Shown here: in pieces, positions 33,832 through 41,172 of the stretch | Numbering within the stretch: the stretch's first letter is position 1 | Layout of the letters: every line of letters starts with the position of its first letter | Position numbers and translations under genes: made by a program | Notes under the pieces: generated by a model | Told to the model about the DNA's origin: nothing | The model's database searches: none | Seen by the model: the letters and a program-made list of their open reading frames with translations, nothing else | From: a candidate division WWE3 bacterium CG23_combo_of_CG06-09_8_20_14_all_40_14 | Lineage (GTDB): Bacteria; Patescibacteriota; WWE3; CG2-30-40-12 | Length of the DNA stretch: 41,172 nt | Reading direction: 5' to 3' | NCBI GenBank assembly: GCA_002770755.1 | Contig: PCQY01000031.1 | Location: 1-41,172, forward strand

Positions 33832-34482
33832 TTAAATCAATACTTTTTTCCACCCTTCTTTTCCAATAAGAGGAACAAATCTAAAAGTTCCGCAGGTTAC
33901 AAGTTTTGTACCTTGCTCGGTTTTCGTTATTTTTACCATTTTCTGTAAAAAATTATTCCCCACAGGAACAACGAGTCTTCCTCCAATTTTCAGTTGGCTG
34001 ATTAAGGCGTTTGGGACTTTTGGCGCGGCGGCGGTTACTGCAATTGCGTCAAAAGGGGCTTTATCTTTAAGTCCTATACTGCCGTCTCCTATTATAACAG
34101 TAACATTTGAGATATTTAGCCGTTTCAATTTATCCCGCGCTTTTACAGCCAAAACTGTTATAACCTCAACGGTATAAACTTGTTTGCATAACTTTCCCAG
34201 AATAGCAGCGGCGTAACCGGAGCCCGCGCCTATTTCCAGAACGGTATCCCCGCTTTTAAGTTCTAAAAGCTCTGTCATAAAGGCAGTGGTATATGGCTGG
34301 GAGATCGTCTGGTTTTCTCCTATAGGTATAGGGCTATCTGCGTAAGCTTGATTGGCAAAACTCTGCGGGACAAAAATTTCCCTTGGGATATCCAAGAATG
34401 CGTTTAGAACGCGTTCATCTTTTATTCCTCGCGCTTTTAACTGCTCCCCCACCATTTTTTCTCTTAAAGCTTTATAATCCAT
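33832..34482 (-). CDS. pcm: Protein-L-isoaspartate O-methyltransferase
   Basis: 216 aa. QTISQPY motif, SAM-binding VLEIGAGSGY, and conserved C-terminal GGRLVVPVG. Confidence 0.9.
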   Translation of the reverse strand: MDYKALREKMVGEQLKARGIKDERVLNAFLDIPREIFVPQSFANQAYADSPIPIGENQTISQPYTTAFMTELLELKSGDTVLEIGAGSGYAAAILGKLCKQVYTVEVITVLAVKARDKLKRLNISNVTVIIGDGSIGLKDKAPFDAIAVTAAAPKVPNALISQLKIGGRLVVPVGNNFLQKMVKITKTEQGTKLVTCGTFRFVPLIGKEGWKKVLI

Positions 34483-34488
34483 AAAATT

Positions 34489-37050
34489 TTATTCGGTTGC
34501 CCATCTATGATATAGCGCTTTCACGCCTTCTATTATAAGTATAACTAAAAAGGAAGTAATAAGCACAATCAGCCAGTGATAGAAATTTAAGGTGACAAGC
34601 CCCATAAATTTTTTGAAGAAGGGTGCGTATAGCGCTATTAACTGCAAAAATATTCCTCCTCCTACCGCTACCAACAACGCCTTATTTGAGAAAGCGGTTT
34701 TGTCCTTAAAAAGCGGTTTCCTAAGGTTTTTGCAAGAGAAAACATATAGCAGGGAATCTATGCCGAGAATTGCAAAAACGAGGGTTTGGGATAAAGCGAC
34801 ATCGTTTGAGATTTTTATAAAAAACGAAAAAATTGCCAAAGCGCTTAATCCCGTTACAGAGCTTATGATAAAGACCAGCAGTTTAATTTCGGAATTTAAC
34901 AAAGGCTCGCTTTCTTTTCTTGGACGCTCTTTCATTAAAGCTGACCTTTTGGGGTCTATCGTTAAAGCAAGGTTTGGGAAGCCGTCTGTTACCAAATTTA
35001 TCCAAAGAATTTGCGCTGCGGTAAGAGGCAGGGGTAGTTTGAGTAAGAGCGCCCCAGTAATTAGAAACACTTCGCTGAAACTGTCGCTTAAAAGATAAAG
35101 AGCAACCTTTCTTATGTTGTCAAAAATGGCTCTTCCTTCCTCAACCGCTTTTACAATTGTGTTGAAATTGCTGTCTAAAAGCACCATATCCGCATTTTCT
35201 CTTGCCACTTCCGTAGCATTATCTACAACTATTCCTATATCCGCAATTTTAAGGGCGGGGGCGTCATTTGTGCCGTCTCCGGTTACAGCCACCACCTGCC
35301 CCAAACTTTTGAGGGCGCTTACGATTTTTAATTTGTCCGATGGTGTTACGCGCGCAAATAACTTTATGTTTAATACCCTCTTTTTAAGTTCCGCTTCGCT
35401 TATGTTTGCAAGCTCTTCGCCTTCCATAATTTCCGCAGCTGAAACTTTAATGCCAAGCTCCTGCATAACCGCTTGGGCGGTGGATCTGAAATCCCCTGTT
35501 ATAACAACGGTTCTTATTCCCGCGTTTTTGCATTCCACAAGGGCTTCCTTTACTCCCGCTCTCACTGGGTCGGTTAGAGCAATTAAGCCCAAAAATGTAA
35601 AACCTTTTTCTATGTGGCTATGCAAAAAATCTTTTGACATTTTTTCCGTTAAAGTTTGAGTTTTTGGAGCGGGTTTTTTGTACGCCAGCGCCAAAACTCT
35701 TAACCCCTTGTTAGCCCATTTGTTTGAAATAGATAGCCACGCCTCCTTTTCTTTGAAAGAAAGTTTGCACCAGTTAATCATTTTTTCGGGAGCGCCTTTT
35801 GCATATATTAAAGATTCTTCGTTTTCCTTTATTAAAACTGCCATATATTTTCTTTCGGAACCAAAGGGTATAGCCGCTAACCTTTTGTACTTTTCCACCA
35901 CCCTTTGGGGGTCAAAGTTGTCTATTGAGCGCATTTTTTCCCAAATAGCTACTTCCGTTTGGTTTTGCAGGTCATTGCACAACACGCTTGCTTTTAAGGT
36001 TTGGGAAAGGTCGGTAAGTTTCCAATTAACCACCCGCATATTGCCTTCCGTTAAAGTGCCGGTTTTATCGGTGCAAATTGTGGTTACAGAGCCTAATGTT
36101 TCTGCCGCCAAAAGTTTTCGCACTAGCGCTTTTTTCTTAAATATTCTTTGCATACCTATTGCGAGTATTACCGTTAGGGAAACGGCAAGACCTTCGGGAA
36201 TGGCGGCAACGGCAAGCGCCACGGAGGTTTTAAACATCTCAATTAAAGGAACGCCAGAAAACCCCCCTATTGCGAATACAAGTGCCGCTATGCCAACAAC
36301 TAGAAGAGATAAAGATTTGCTTAATGCAAAAAGCTTTTTTTGGAGAGGTGTGGGGTCTTCTTTGGTTTCTCGTATGCTTTGGGCGATCTTTCCTATTTCG
36401 GTGTTTAATCCTGTTCCAACAACAATCGCCTGCGCGGAACCTCCCACGACAAAGGTTCCCCAAAAGACCATGTTTTTTCTTTCAGCTAAAATTTTTGTGG
36501 CGGCAAGCAAAGAGGAGGTTTTTTGAACAGCGGCGGATTCACCTGTTAAAGTAGACTCGTTAATTTTAAGATAGGTTTCTTTTATAATTCTTGCATCTGC
36601 GGGTACTTTGCGCCCCGCCTGCAAAAGAATAATATCCCCTGGCACAAGGTATCTTGCGGGGATTTCAATTATTTTTCCTCCCCGAAATACTTTTGCGGTT
36701 TGGGTGAACAAATTTTTTAATGAATAAATTTCTTTTTGCGCTTTATATTCTTGAATGAATCCTAGGACAGTGTTTATGAAAACGGCGAAAATTATAACGG
36801 CGAAATCAACGAAATCCTTTAAGTACACGGTTATAAAGGCGGCGGAAATTAGAATTCCTATTAAGGGGCTTTTTAGCTGGGATAGAAAAACCGCGATTGG
36901 GGAAGGGGGTTTTTGTTCCGGCAGTAAATTTGGGCCATGCGCGGAAAGCAGTTTTCCGGCCTGATGTGTGCGCAAGCCATTATTAGTAGTGTTTAATGTA
37001 GTGAAAATTTCCTTTACTGATTGTTGGTAATACTCCTTTTGGGCAGTCAC
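34489..37050 (-). CDS. P-type cation-transporting ATPase (type II, Ca2+-ATPase-like)
   Basis: 853 aa. TGES, phosphorylation site CTDKTGTLT, hinge TGDGTNDAPAL, ITGD, and about 10 TM helices. GTG start. Confidence 0.92.
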   Translation of the reverse strand: MTAQKEYYQQSVKEIFTTLNTTNNGLRTHQAGKLLSAHGPNLLPEQKPPSPIAVFLSQLKSPLIGILISAAFITVYLKDFVDFAVIIFAVFINTVLGFIQEYKAQKEIYSLKNLFTQTAKVFRGGKIIEIPARYLVPGDIILLQAGRKVPADARIIKETYLKINESTLTGESAAVQKTSSLLAATKILAERKNMVFWGTFVVGGSAQAIVVGTGLNTEIGKIAQSIRETKEDPTPLQKKLFALSKSLSLLVVGIAALVFAIGGFSGVPLIEMFKTSVALAVAAIPEGLAVSLTVILAIGMQRIFKKKALVRKLLAAETLGSVTTICTDKTGTLTEGNMRVVNWKLTDLSQTLKASVLCNDLQNQTEVAIWEKMRSIDNFDPQRVVEKYKRLAAIPFGSERKYMAVLIKENEESLIYAKGAPEKMINWCKLSFKEKEAWLSISNKWANKGLRVLALAYKKPAPKTQTLTEKMSKDFLHSHIEKGFTFLGLIALTDPVRAGVKEALVECKNAGIRTVVITGDFRSTAQAVMQELGIKVSAAEIMEGEELANISEAELKKRVLNIKLFARVTPSDKLKIVSALKSLGQVVAVTGDGTNDAPALKIADIGIVVDNATEVARENADMVLLDSNFNTIVKAVEEGRAIFDNIRKVALYLLSDSFSEVFLITGALLLKLPLPLTAAQILWINLVTDGFPNLALTIDPKRSALMKERPRKESEPLLNSEIKLLVFIISSVTGLSALAIFSFFIKISNDVALSQTLVFAILGIDSLLYVFSCKNLRKPLFKDKTAFSNKALLVAVGGGIFLQLIALYAPFFKKFMGLVTLNFYHWLIVLITSFLVILIIEGVKALYHRWATE

Positions 37051-37118
37051 AATTATAGTATATCAAATATGCTTTCCCCTTGTTTGGTATTTTGGGATGT
37101 AGTACTATTATTTTCAAT

Positions 37119-37637
37119 ATGGAGAAATCTACTGCCGTTGCAAAACCCAAAACTAGGGAGGAGGAGTTGTTTGTTTGGACATCTCCGAGCAGAGTTTTTA
37201 AAAAGCGGGACCGCAGGTTTTTCACCACTGTGGCAACCGTTATTTTGGTGGTATCTCTCCTTTCAGCTCTTTCTGGGCAATATGTTTTAATTGCGGTTAT
37301 AGTGGCGCTTGCTTTTTTGATGTACGCCTTATCGGCAATTGAGCCGGAGGATGTTTCTCATAAAATAACGGCTAAAGGAATAAATTATTGCGGCGGGAAA
37401 TTTTATTCTTACGAAGAGCTAAAGGTTTTTTTCTTTACGGAAAAAGGTGGGAGAACAACTTTGAATGTGGACACAAAAAAGTATTACCCCGGCAGGCTTT
37501 ATATGATTTTGGACAAAAAGGATGCAGAGAAGGTGAGAGGTGTTTTAGAAAAACATTTAACTTATGTGAATACTCCGCCGGAGACGGTACTTGATAAAGC
37601 CTCGTCCTTTGCTTCCAAATATTTTTCTTTGGAGTAA
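37119..37637 (+). CDS. Hypothetical two-TM membrane protein
   Basis: 172 aa from ATG 37119 (MEKSTAV). TATTAT (37106-37111) lies 7 nt upstream. Two TM helices followed by a soluble domain. No family assigned. Confidence 0.55.
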   Translation: MEKSTAVAKPKTREEELFVWTSPSRVFKKRDRRFFTTVATVILVVSLLSALSGQYVLIAVIVALAFLMYALSAIEPEDVSHKITAKGINYCGGKFYSYEELKVFFFTEKGGRTTLNVDTKKYYPGRLYMILDKKDAEKVRGVLEKHLTYVNTPPETVLDKASSFASKYFSLE

Positions 37638-37649
37638 TTCCTGCAAATT

Positions 37650-38987
37650 ATGAAATTCAACGCAAAATCTTTTATTGAATATGTAAAACAGAGAAACAAT
37701 AATGAATCGGAATTTATACAAGCGGTTGAGGAGGTTGCCGTTTCTTTGGAGGATTTTTTAAACGCTAACCAGATTTATCTCGAAAACCGAATTTTAGAGC
37801 GTTTAGTTGAACCAGAAAGAACAATCATTTTCAGAGTGCCTTGGGTTGATGATAATGGGGAGATTAAAGTCAATAGAGGTTATAGAATTCAATTTAATAG
37901 CGCTATCGGTCCCTATAAAGGAGGACTGCGTTTCCACCCAACTGTTAATTTGAGTGTTTTAAAATTTTTAGGATTTGAACAGGTTTTTAAAAACAGTCTT
38001 ACCGGGTTGCCATTGGGTGGCGGAAAAGGAGGGAGCGATTTTGATCCTCATAGTAAATCAGATTCTGAAGTAATGAGATTCTCTCAGAGTTTTATGTCTG
38101 AGTTATATAGATATATCGGTCCAAATATAGATGTGCCAGCTGGAGATATTGGAGTTGGTGCCAGGGAAATCGGTTATCTTTTTGGACAGTATAAAAAACT
38201 AACTAAAGACTTTTCTGGTGTTTTAACCGGCAAAGGGCTGCCCTGGGGCGGAAGTAATATCCGCACCGAAGCTACCGGCTATGGGCTGGTTTATTTTGTA
38301 GAAGAAATGTTGCGGGCTAAAAATGACAGCATTAATGGCAAAAAAGTTATTATCTCCGGCTCTGGCAATGTGGCTCAATATGCCGCTGAAAAAGTGATAC
38401 AATTAGGCGCTAAAGTATTGACTATGTCCGATTCGGCAGGAACAATCTATGATAAAGATGGTATTACTCAAGAAAAACTTGAGCATCTTAAACAAATAAA
38501 AAATGTAAAACGAGGCAGAATAAAAGATTATGCAAACAAATATAATGTTGAATATCTAGATTCTGAAAACCCATGGTCAATTAAAGCTGACATCGCCTTG
38601 CCTTGCGCCACTCAAAATGAAATAAACAAAGAAGACGCGATGGCTCTTGTAAAAAATGAAATTGTTTTGGTTGGCGAGGGCGCTAATATGCCCAGTACAT
38701 CTGAAGCCATTGATATTTTCAAGGAAAATAAAATCCTTTTTTCTCCAGGGAAGGCTTCAAATGCTGGCGGAGTTGCTGTTTCCGGTTTAGAGATGAGCCA
38801 GAACAGCGCTAGGGTTCAATGGTCGAGAGAAGAAGTTGATCAAAATCTTAAAAAAATAATGATTGAAATACACGGTAAAATTCTAGAGTATGGTAATAGA
38901 GGCGAATCTATAGACTATGTTGCCGGTGCTAACATTGCCGGATTTAAAAGAGTTGCAGACAGCATGATTGCTCAGGGATTAGTTTGA
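37650..38987 (+). CDS. gdhA: Glutamate dehydrogenase (GdhA-type hexameric)
   Basis: 445 aa. Active-site GLPLGGGKGGSDFDP, Rossmann GSGNVAQYAAEK, and a typical N-terminus. Confidence 0.93.
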   Translation: MKFNAKSFIEYVKQRNNNESEFIQAVEEVAVSLEDFLNANQIYLENRILERLVEPERTIIFRVPWVDDNGEIKVNRGYRIQFNSAIGPYKGGLRFHPTVNLSVLKFLGFEQVFKNSLTGLPLGGGKGGSDFDPHSKSDSEVMRFSQSFMSELYRYIGPNIDVPAGDIGVGAREIGYLFGQYKKLTKDFSGVLTGKGLPWGGSNIRTEATGYGLVYFVEEMLRAKNDSINGKKVIISGSGNVAQYAAEKVIQLGAKVLTMSDSAGTIYDKDGITQEKLEHLKQIKNVKRGRIKDYANKYNVEYLDSENPWSIKADIALPCATQNEINKEDAMALVKNEIVLVGEGANMPSTSEAIDIFKENKILFSPGKASNAGGVAVSGLEMSQNSARVQWSREEVDQNLKKIMIEIHGKILEYGNRGESIDYVAGANIAGFKRVADSMIAQGLV

Positions 38988-39173
38988 AATTATTTGAATA
39001 GTTGCGAGTACTTCAATTGCAGGTACACAAATTTCTGTACCGTTAGTAATTGTGTTTGCTTTAGCGGGTTATTTTTTCATGCGTCTAGTTGAAACAGTTT
39101 CGTATTGGGGGCTGAATGGGCGAGGCAACAATCGCCCAAAATCTGAATTCTGAAAATTGGCGGTGCCTTTTGG

Positions 39174-39552
39174 TTAAAATCCGAACTTTTGATGACAATC
39201 GTTGCTTTTGAAATTTGTATATCTTGCACGCAATCCATTGGTTAAAGCGTCATAATCAAGTTTGTATTTTTTTTCTAAAATTTCTTCTTCCTCTAATCTA
39301 ATTGTGGGGGCATTTGGACCGTCTGTTATTTGCATACCAATATCACCAACAGATTTTTTACCACTTTTGCCTACGACTACAGAAACCGGTTTTACATCGC
39401 CTATCAATTTCAATACAGGTTTTCCTTTTTCTTCCTTCTGTTTTGATTTGGTCAAGCAGTAATTTAAGTTCTGGATATTTTATTCTTTCGCTTTTTGCGA
39501 TGTACCGATAATAAATATCCGGCTCTTTCAGGTCATTATCATTTTTAAACAT
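39174..39552 (-). pseudogene. Possible frameshifted small gene (two overlapping ORFs in different frames), family unknown
   Basis: A 64-aa ORF (39358-39552, ATG) and a 93-aa ORF (39174-39455, TTG) overlap across an A-rich stretch (rc of 39417-39432, GAAGAAAAAGGAAAAC). One indel there would join them into a product of about 125 aa. Confidence 0.3.
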
Positions 39553-39709
39553 ACGACTGGCTTACATTATGCTTGGTGTGTATACAAAACACCTGTATTT
39601 TTTTGTAATTTTGCGAATTTATAAAATCCATATTAGCTGTGGATAACTTCGTCATTGATTTTCTACTTTCTTTCTATTATTATATTAGTATAAGAATGAA
39701 GTTAAATTT

Positions 39710-41172
39710 ATGATTACAAAAAAACAAAAAGCAATCTTGGACTTCGTGAAAACTTACTCAAAAAGAAGGGGGTATGCTCCGTCTCTCGCGGAAATACAAA
39801 AGAACTTTAAAATGGCTTCCGTTTCAACGGCACATTTTTATATTTCTAAATTAAAAAAGGCTGGATATTTAGAAAAAATAAAAAATAAAGCGCGGGCAAT
39901 TAGTATTCCCGAAAAAGAACCGTTAGTAAAAATCCCGCTCTTGGGCATTATTGCCGCTGGCCAACCAATAGAAGCTATTGAAAACAAAGAATCAATCGTC
40001 GTTCCTAAAAGTAAATTACCGCGAGCAACCGAAGTATATGCTCTGCGCGTACAGGGCGACAGTATGATTGATGAAAATATCAATGACGGAGATACTATTT
40101 TAATTAAAAAACAAAATATAGCCGAGAACGGAGAAAAAGTGGTCGCGCTTCTTAATGGAAACGAGGCAACGCTCAAAACTTTTTATAAAGAAAAAAATCA
40201 AATAAGATTACAACCGGCAAATAAAAATTATCAACCAATTATAGTAAAAAGAGGTCAAGATTTTTCTTTGCAAGGAGTTTTGTTTGATGTAATAAAAACT
40301 AGCGAAACAATTCAGCCACTCCAAACCTTTGTTTTGCCTTCTGTTAAATTTAAGACAGCCGTATGGAACAAAATCTGTCCTTATTTTCAAAGTAATAACA
40401 ACGACTTCGTCCTTTATCACGGAAATTGTCTTGATATACTGAATCAATTACCACCAAACTCAATTGATATGGTCTTTGCCGACCCGCCATACAATCTTTC
40501 CAATGGTGGATTTTCTCTTCATGCCGGGAAAAGAGTAAGCGTCAATAAGGGCAATTGGGATAAAAGCAAAGGATTTAAAGATGATTATGATTTTCACTAC
40601 AAGTGGCTTGAAGCATGCAGAAGAGTTTTAAAATCAAATGGCACTCTTTGGGTTAGCGGAACATATCATTCAATTTATCAATGTGGTTACGCTCTTCAAT
40701 CTCTCGGATACCATATTATGAATGATATTACATGGTTTAAGCCAAACGGCTCACCTAATTTGAGCTGTCGTTATTTCACAGCATCGCACGAAACTTTAAT
40801 TTGGGCGCGAAAAGACAAAAATGCAAAACATTTTTTCAACTACAACCTGATGAAAAATGGAGATTGGTCGGAAGATTTTATCAAGAAACCAAACCTGCAA
40901 ATGCGTTCGGTTTGGGCAATTTATCCACCTAAAAAGTCGGAAAAAGTTTTTGGAAAACATCCAACACAAAAACCAGTTGAACTATTAAAGAGAATTATTC
41001 TTGCCTCAACAAAACAAGGAGCCACTATTCTTGACCCGTTCTCTGGAAGTTCAACTACCGGAGTAGCATCAGAGATGATTGGCGGAAGAAAATTTATTGG
41101 AATTGATACGGAACGAGATTTTTTAGATGTTTCAATTAGAAGATTTAAAGAAATACAATCTTTATCTCCGAA
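39710..41172 (+). CDS. LexA (wHTH + S24 autopeptidase) fused in frame to a beta-class N6/N4 DNA methyltransferase; 3'-partial
   Basis: Hand-translated ORF of at least 487 codons with no stop through the window end. LexA-type wHTH at aa 1-70. Ala83-Gly84 cleavage motif (GIIAAGQPIEA). Ser118 in GDSM and Lys156 in ATLKTF. After a linker of about 45 aa: MTase motif IV DPPY (aa 258-261), HPTQKP, and motif I ILDPFSGSSTTG (aa 440-451). Confidence 0.8.
   Translation, partial: MITKKQKAILDFVKTYSKRRGYAPSLAEIQKNFKMASVSTAHFYISKLKKAGYLEKIKNKARAISIPEKEPLVKIPLLGIIAAGQPIEAIENKESIVVPKSKLPRATEVYALRVQGDSMIDENINDGDTILIKKQNIAENGEKVVALLNGNEATLKTFYKEKNQIRLQPANKNYQPIIVKRGQDFSLQGVLFDVIKTSETIQPLQTFVLPSVKFKTAVWNKICPYFQSNNNDFVLYHGNCLDILNQLPPNSIDMVFADPPYNLSNGGFSLHAGKRVSVNKGNWDKSKGFKDDYDFHYKWLEACRRVLKSNGTLWVSGTYHSIYQCGYALQSLGYHIMNDITWFKPNGSPNLSCRYFTASHETLIWARKDKNAKHFFNYNLMKNGDWSEDFIKKPNLQMRSVWAIYPPKKSEKVFGKHPTQKPVELLKRIILASTKQGATILDPFSGSSTTGVASEMIGGRKFIGIDTERDFLDVSIRRFKEIQSLSP

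Noticed and set aside
34592-36554. Long plus-strand ORFs (168, 181, 282 and 94 aa) inside the P-type ATPase gene
   Set aside because: These are shadow ORFs antisense to a gene with unambiguous P-type ATPase motifs (DKTGTLT, TGDGTNDAPAL). Their translations are Ser/Phe/Leu-rich without motifs or plausible start signals.
39022-39041. Hairpin GGTACA-N8-TGTACC after gdhA as an intrinsic terminator
   Set aside because: The stem is only 6 bp and no U-tract follows. The second hairpin GGGCGA-N8-TCGCCC (39118-39137) also lacks a U-tract on either strand. Both are too weak to call.
39638-39646. Perfect DnaA box TGTGGATAA as a sign of oriC
   Set aside because: It is a single isolated box with no cluster, no adjacent dnaA or dnaN, and no obvious AT-rich unwinding element. 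A single 9-mer match can occur by chance.
1-41172. Alternative genetic code (UGA read as sense, as in some CPR lineages)
   Set aside because: Many full-length, well-conserved genes terminate at TGA. These include the ATGA start/stop overlaps at 2483-2486, 12607-12610, 20950-20953, 21639-21642, 28308-28311 and 30603-30606. The standard code fits.
1-41172. Prophage, ICE, transposon or genomic island spanning the VirB4 or MTase regions
   Set aside because: I recognised no integrase, transposase, relaxase, phage structural gene or terminal repeats. The only tRNA is at the far end of the window from both loci. I cannot exclude elements that extend beyond the 3' edge.

Overview
This is an AT-rich, very gene-dense 41.2-kb chromosomal segment read with the standard genetic code. 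The gene content is small streamlined housekeeping genes plus VanW, NYN, DUF3048, DUF4446, TasA-like and PrgI/VirB4-like proteins. By inference this looks like a reduced-genome Patescibacteria/CPR-type bacterium. No integrase, transposase, relaxase, CRISPR array or rRNA was seen. Recognisable content, in order: tRNA-Glu(CUC); VanW/NYN pair; comM; DUF4446/DUF3048/wHTH genes; secD-secF; recJ; miaB-miaA; an AI-2E permease; two TasA-like secreted proteins; RNase P RNA (rnpB) divergent from rpmH-rnpA-yidD-yidC-jag-dnaN, with no dnaA; a four-gene PrgI/VirB4 module; a UvrD-type helicase fused to a Cas4/AddB-type nuclease; dnaG-rpoD; two glycoside hydrolases; pepF; pcm; a P-type ATPase; gdhA; and a LexA-DNA methyltransferase fusion that runs off the 3' edge. 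Main second-look items: (1) the orphan small-membrane-protein + PrgI-fusion + split-VirB4 module (19037-23568), which sits among replication genes with no conjugation or mobility partners. (2) A single uninterrupted ORF (39710 to the window end) that joins a complete, apparently autocleavable LexA to a beta-class DPPY DNA methyltransferase. (3) An unassigned GC-rich structured element of about 142 nt closed by a 15-bp helix (33652-33793). (4) A recurrent -10 box 6-7 nt upstream of the start codon at about ten operon-first genes, which implies leaderless mRNAs. (5) A nested palindrome inserted in frame into a TRAM-less miaB. Coordinates, motifs and repeats were read directly from the sequence. 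All family assignments are from remembered motif patterns, not from database searches.
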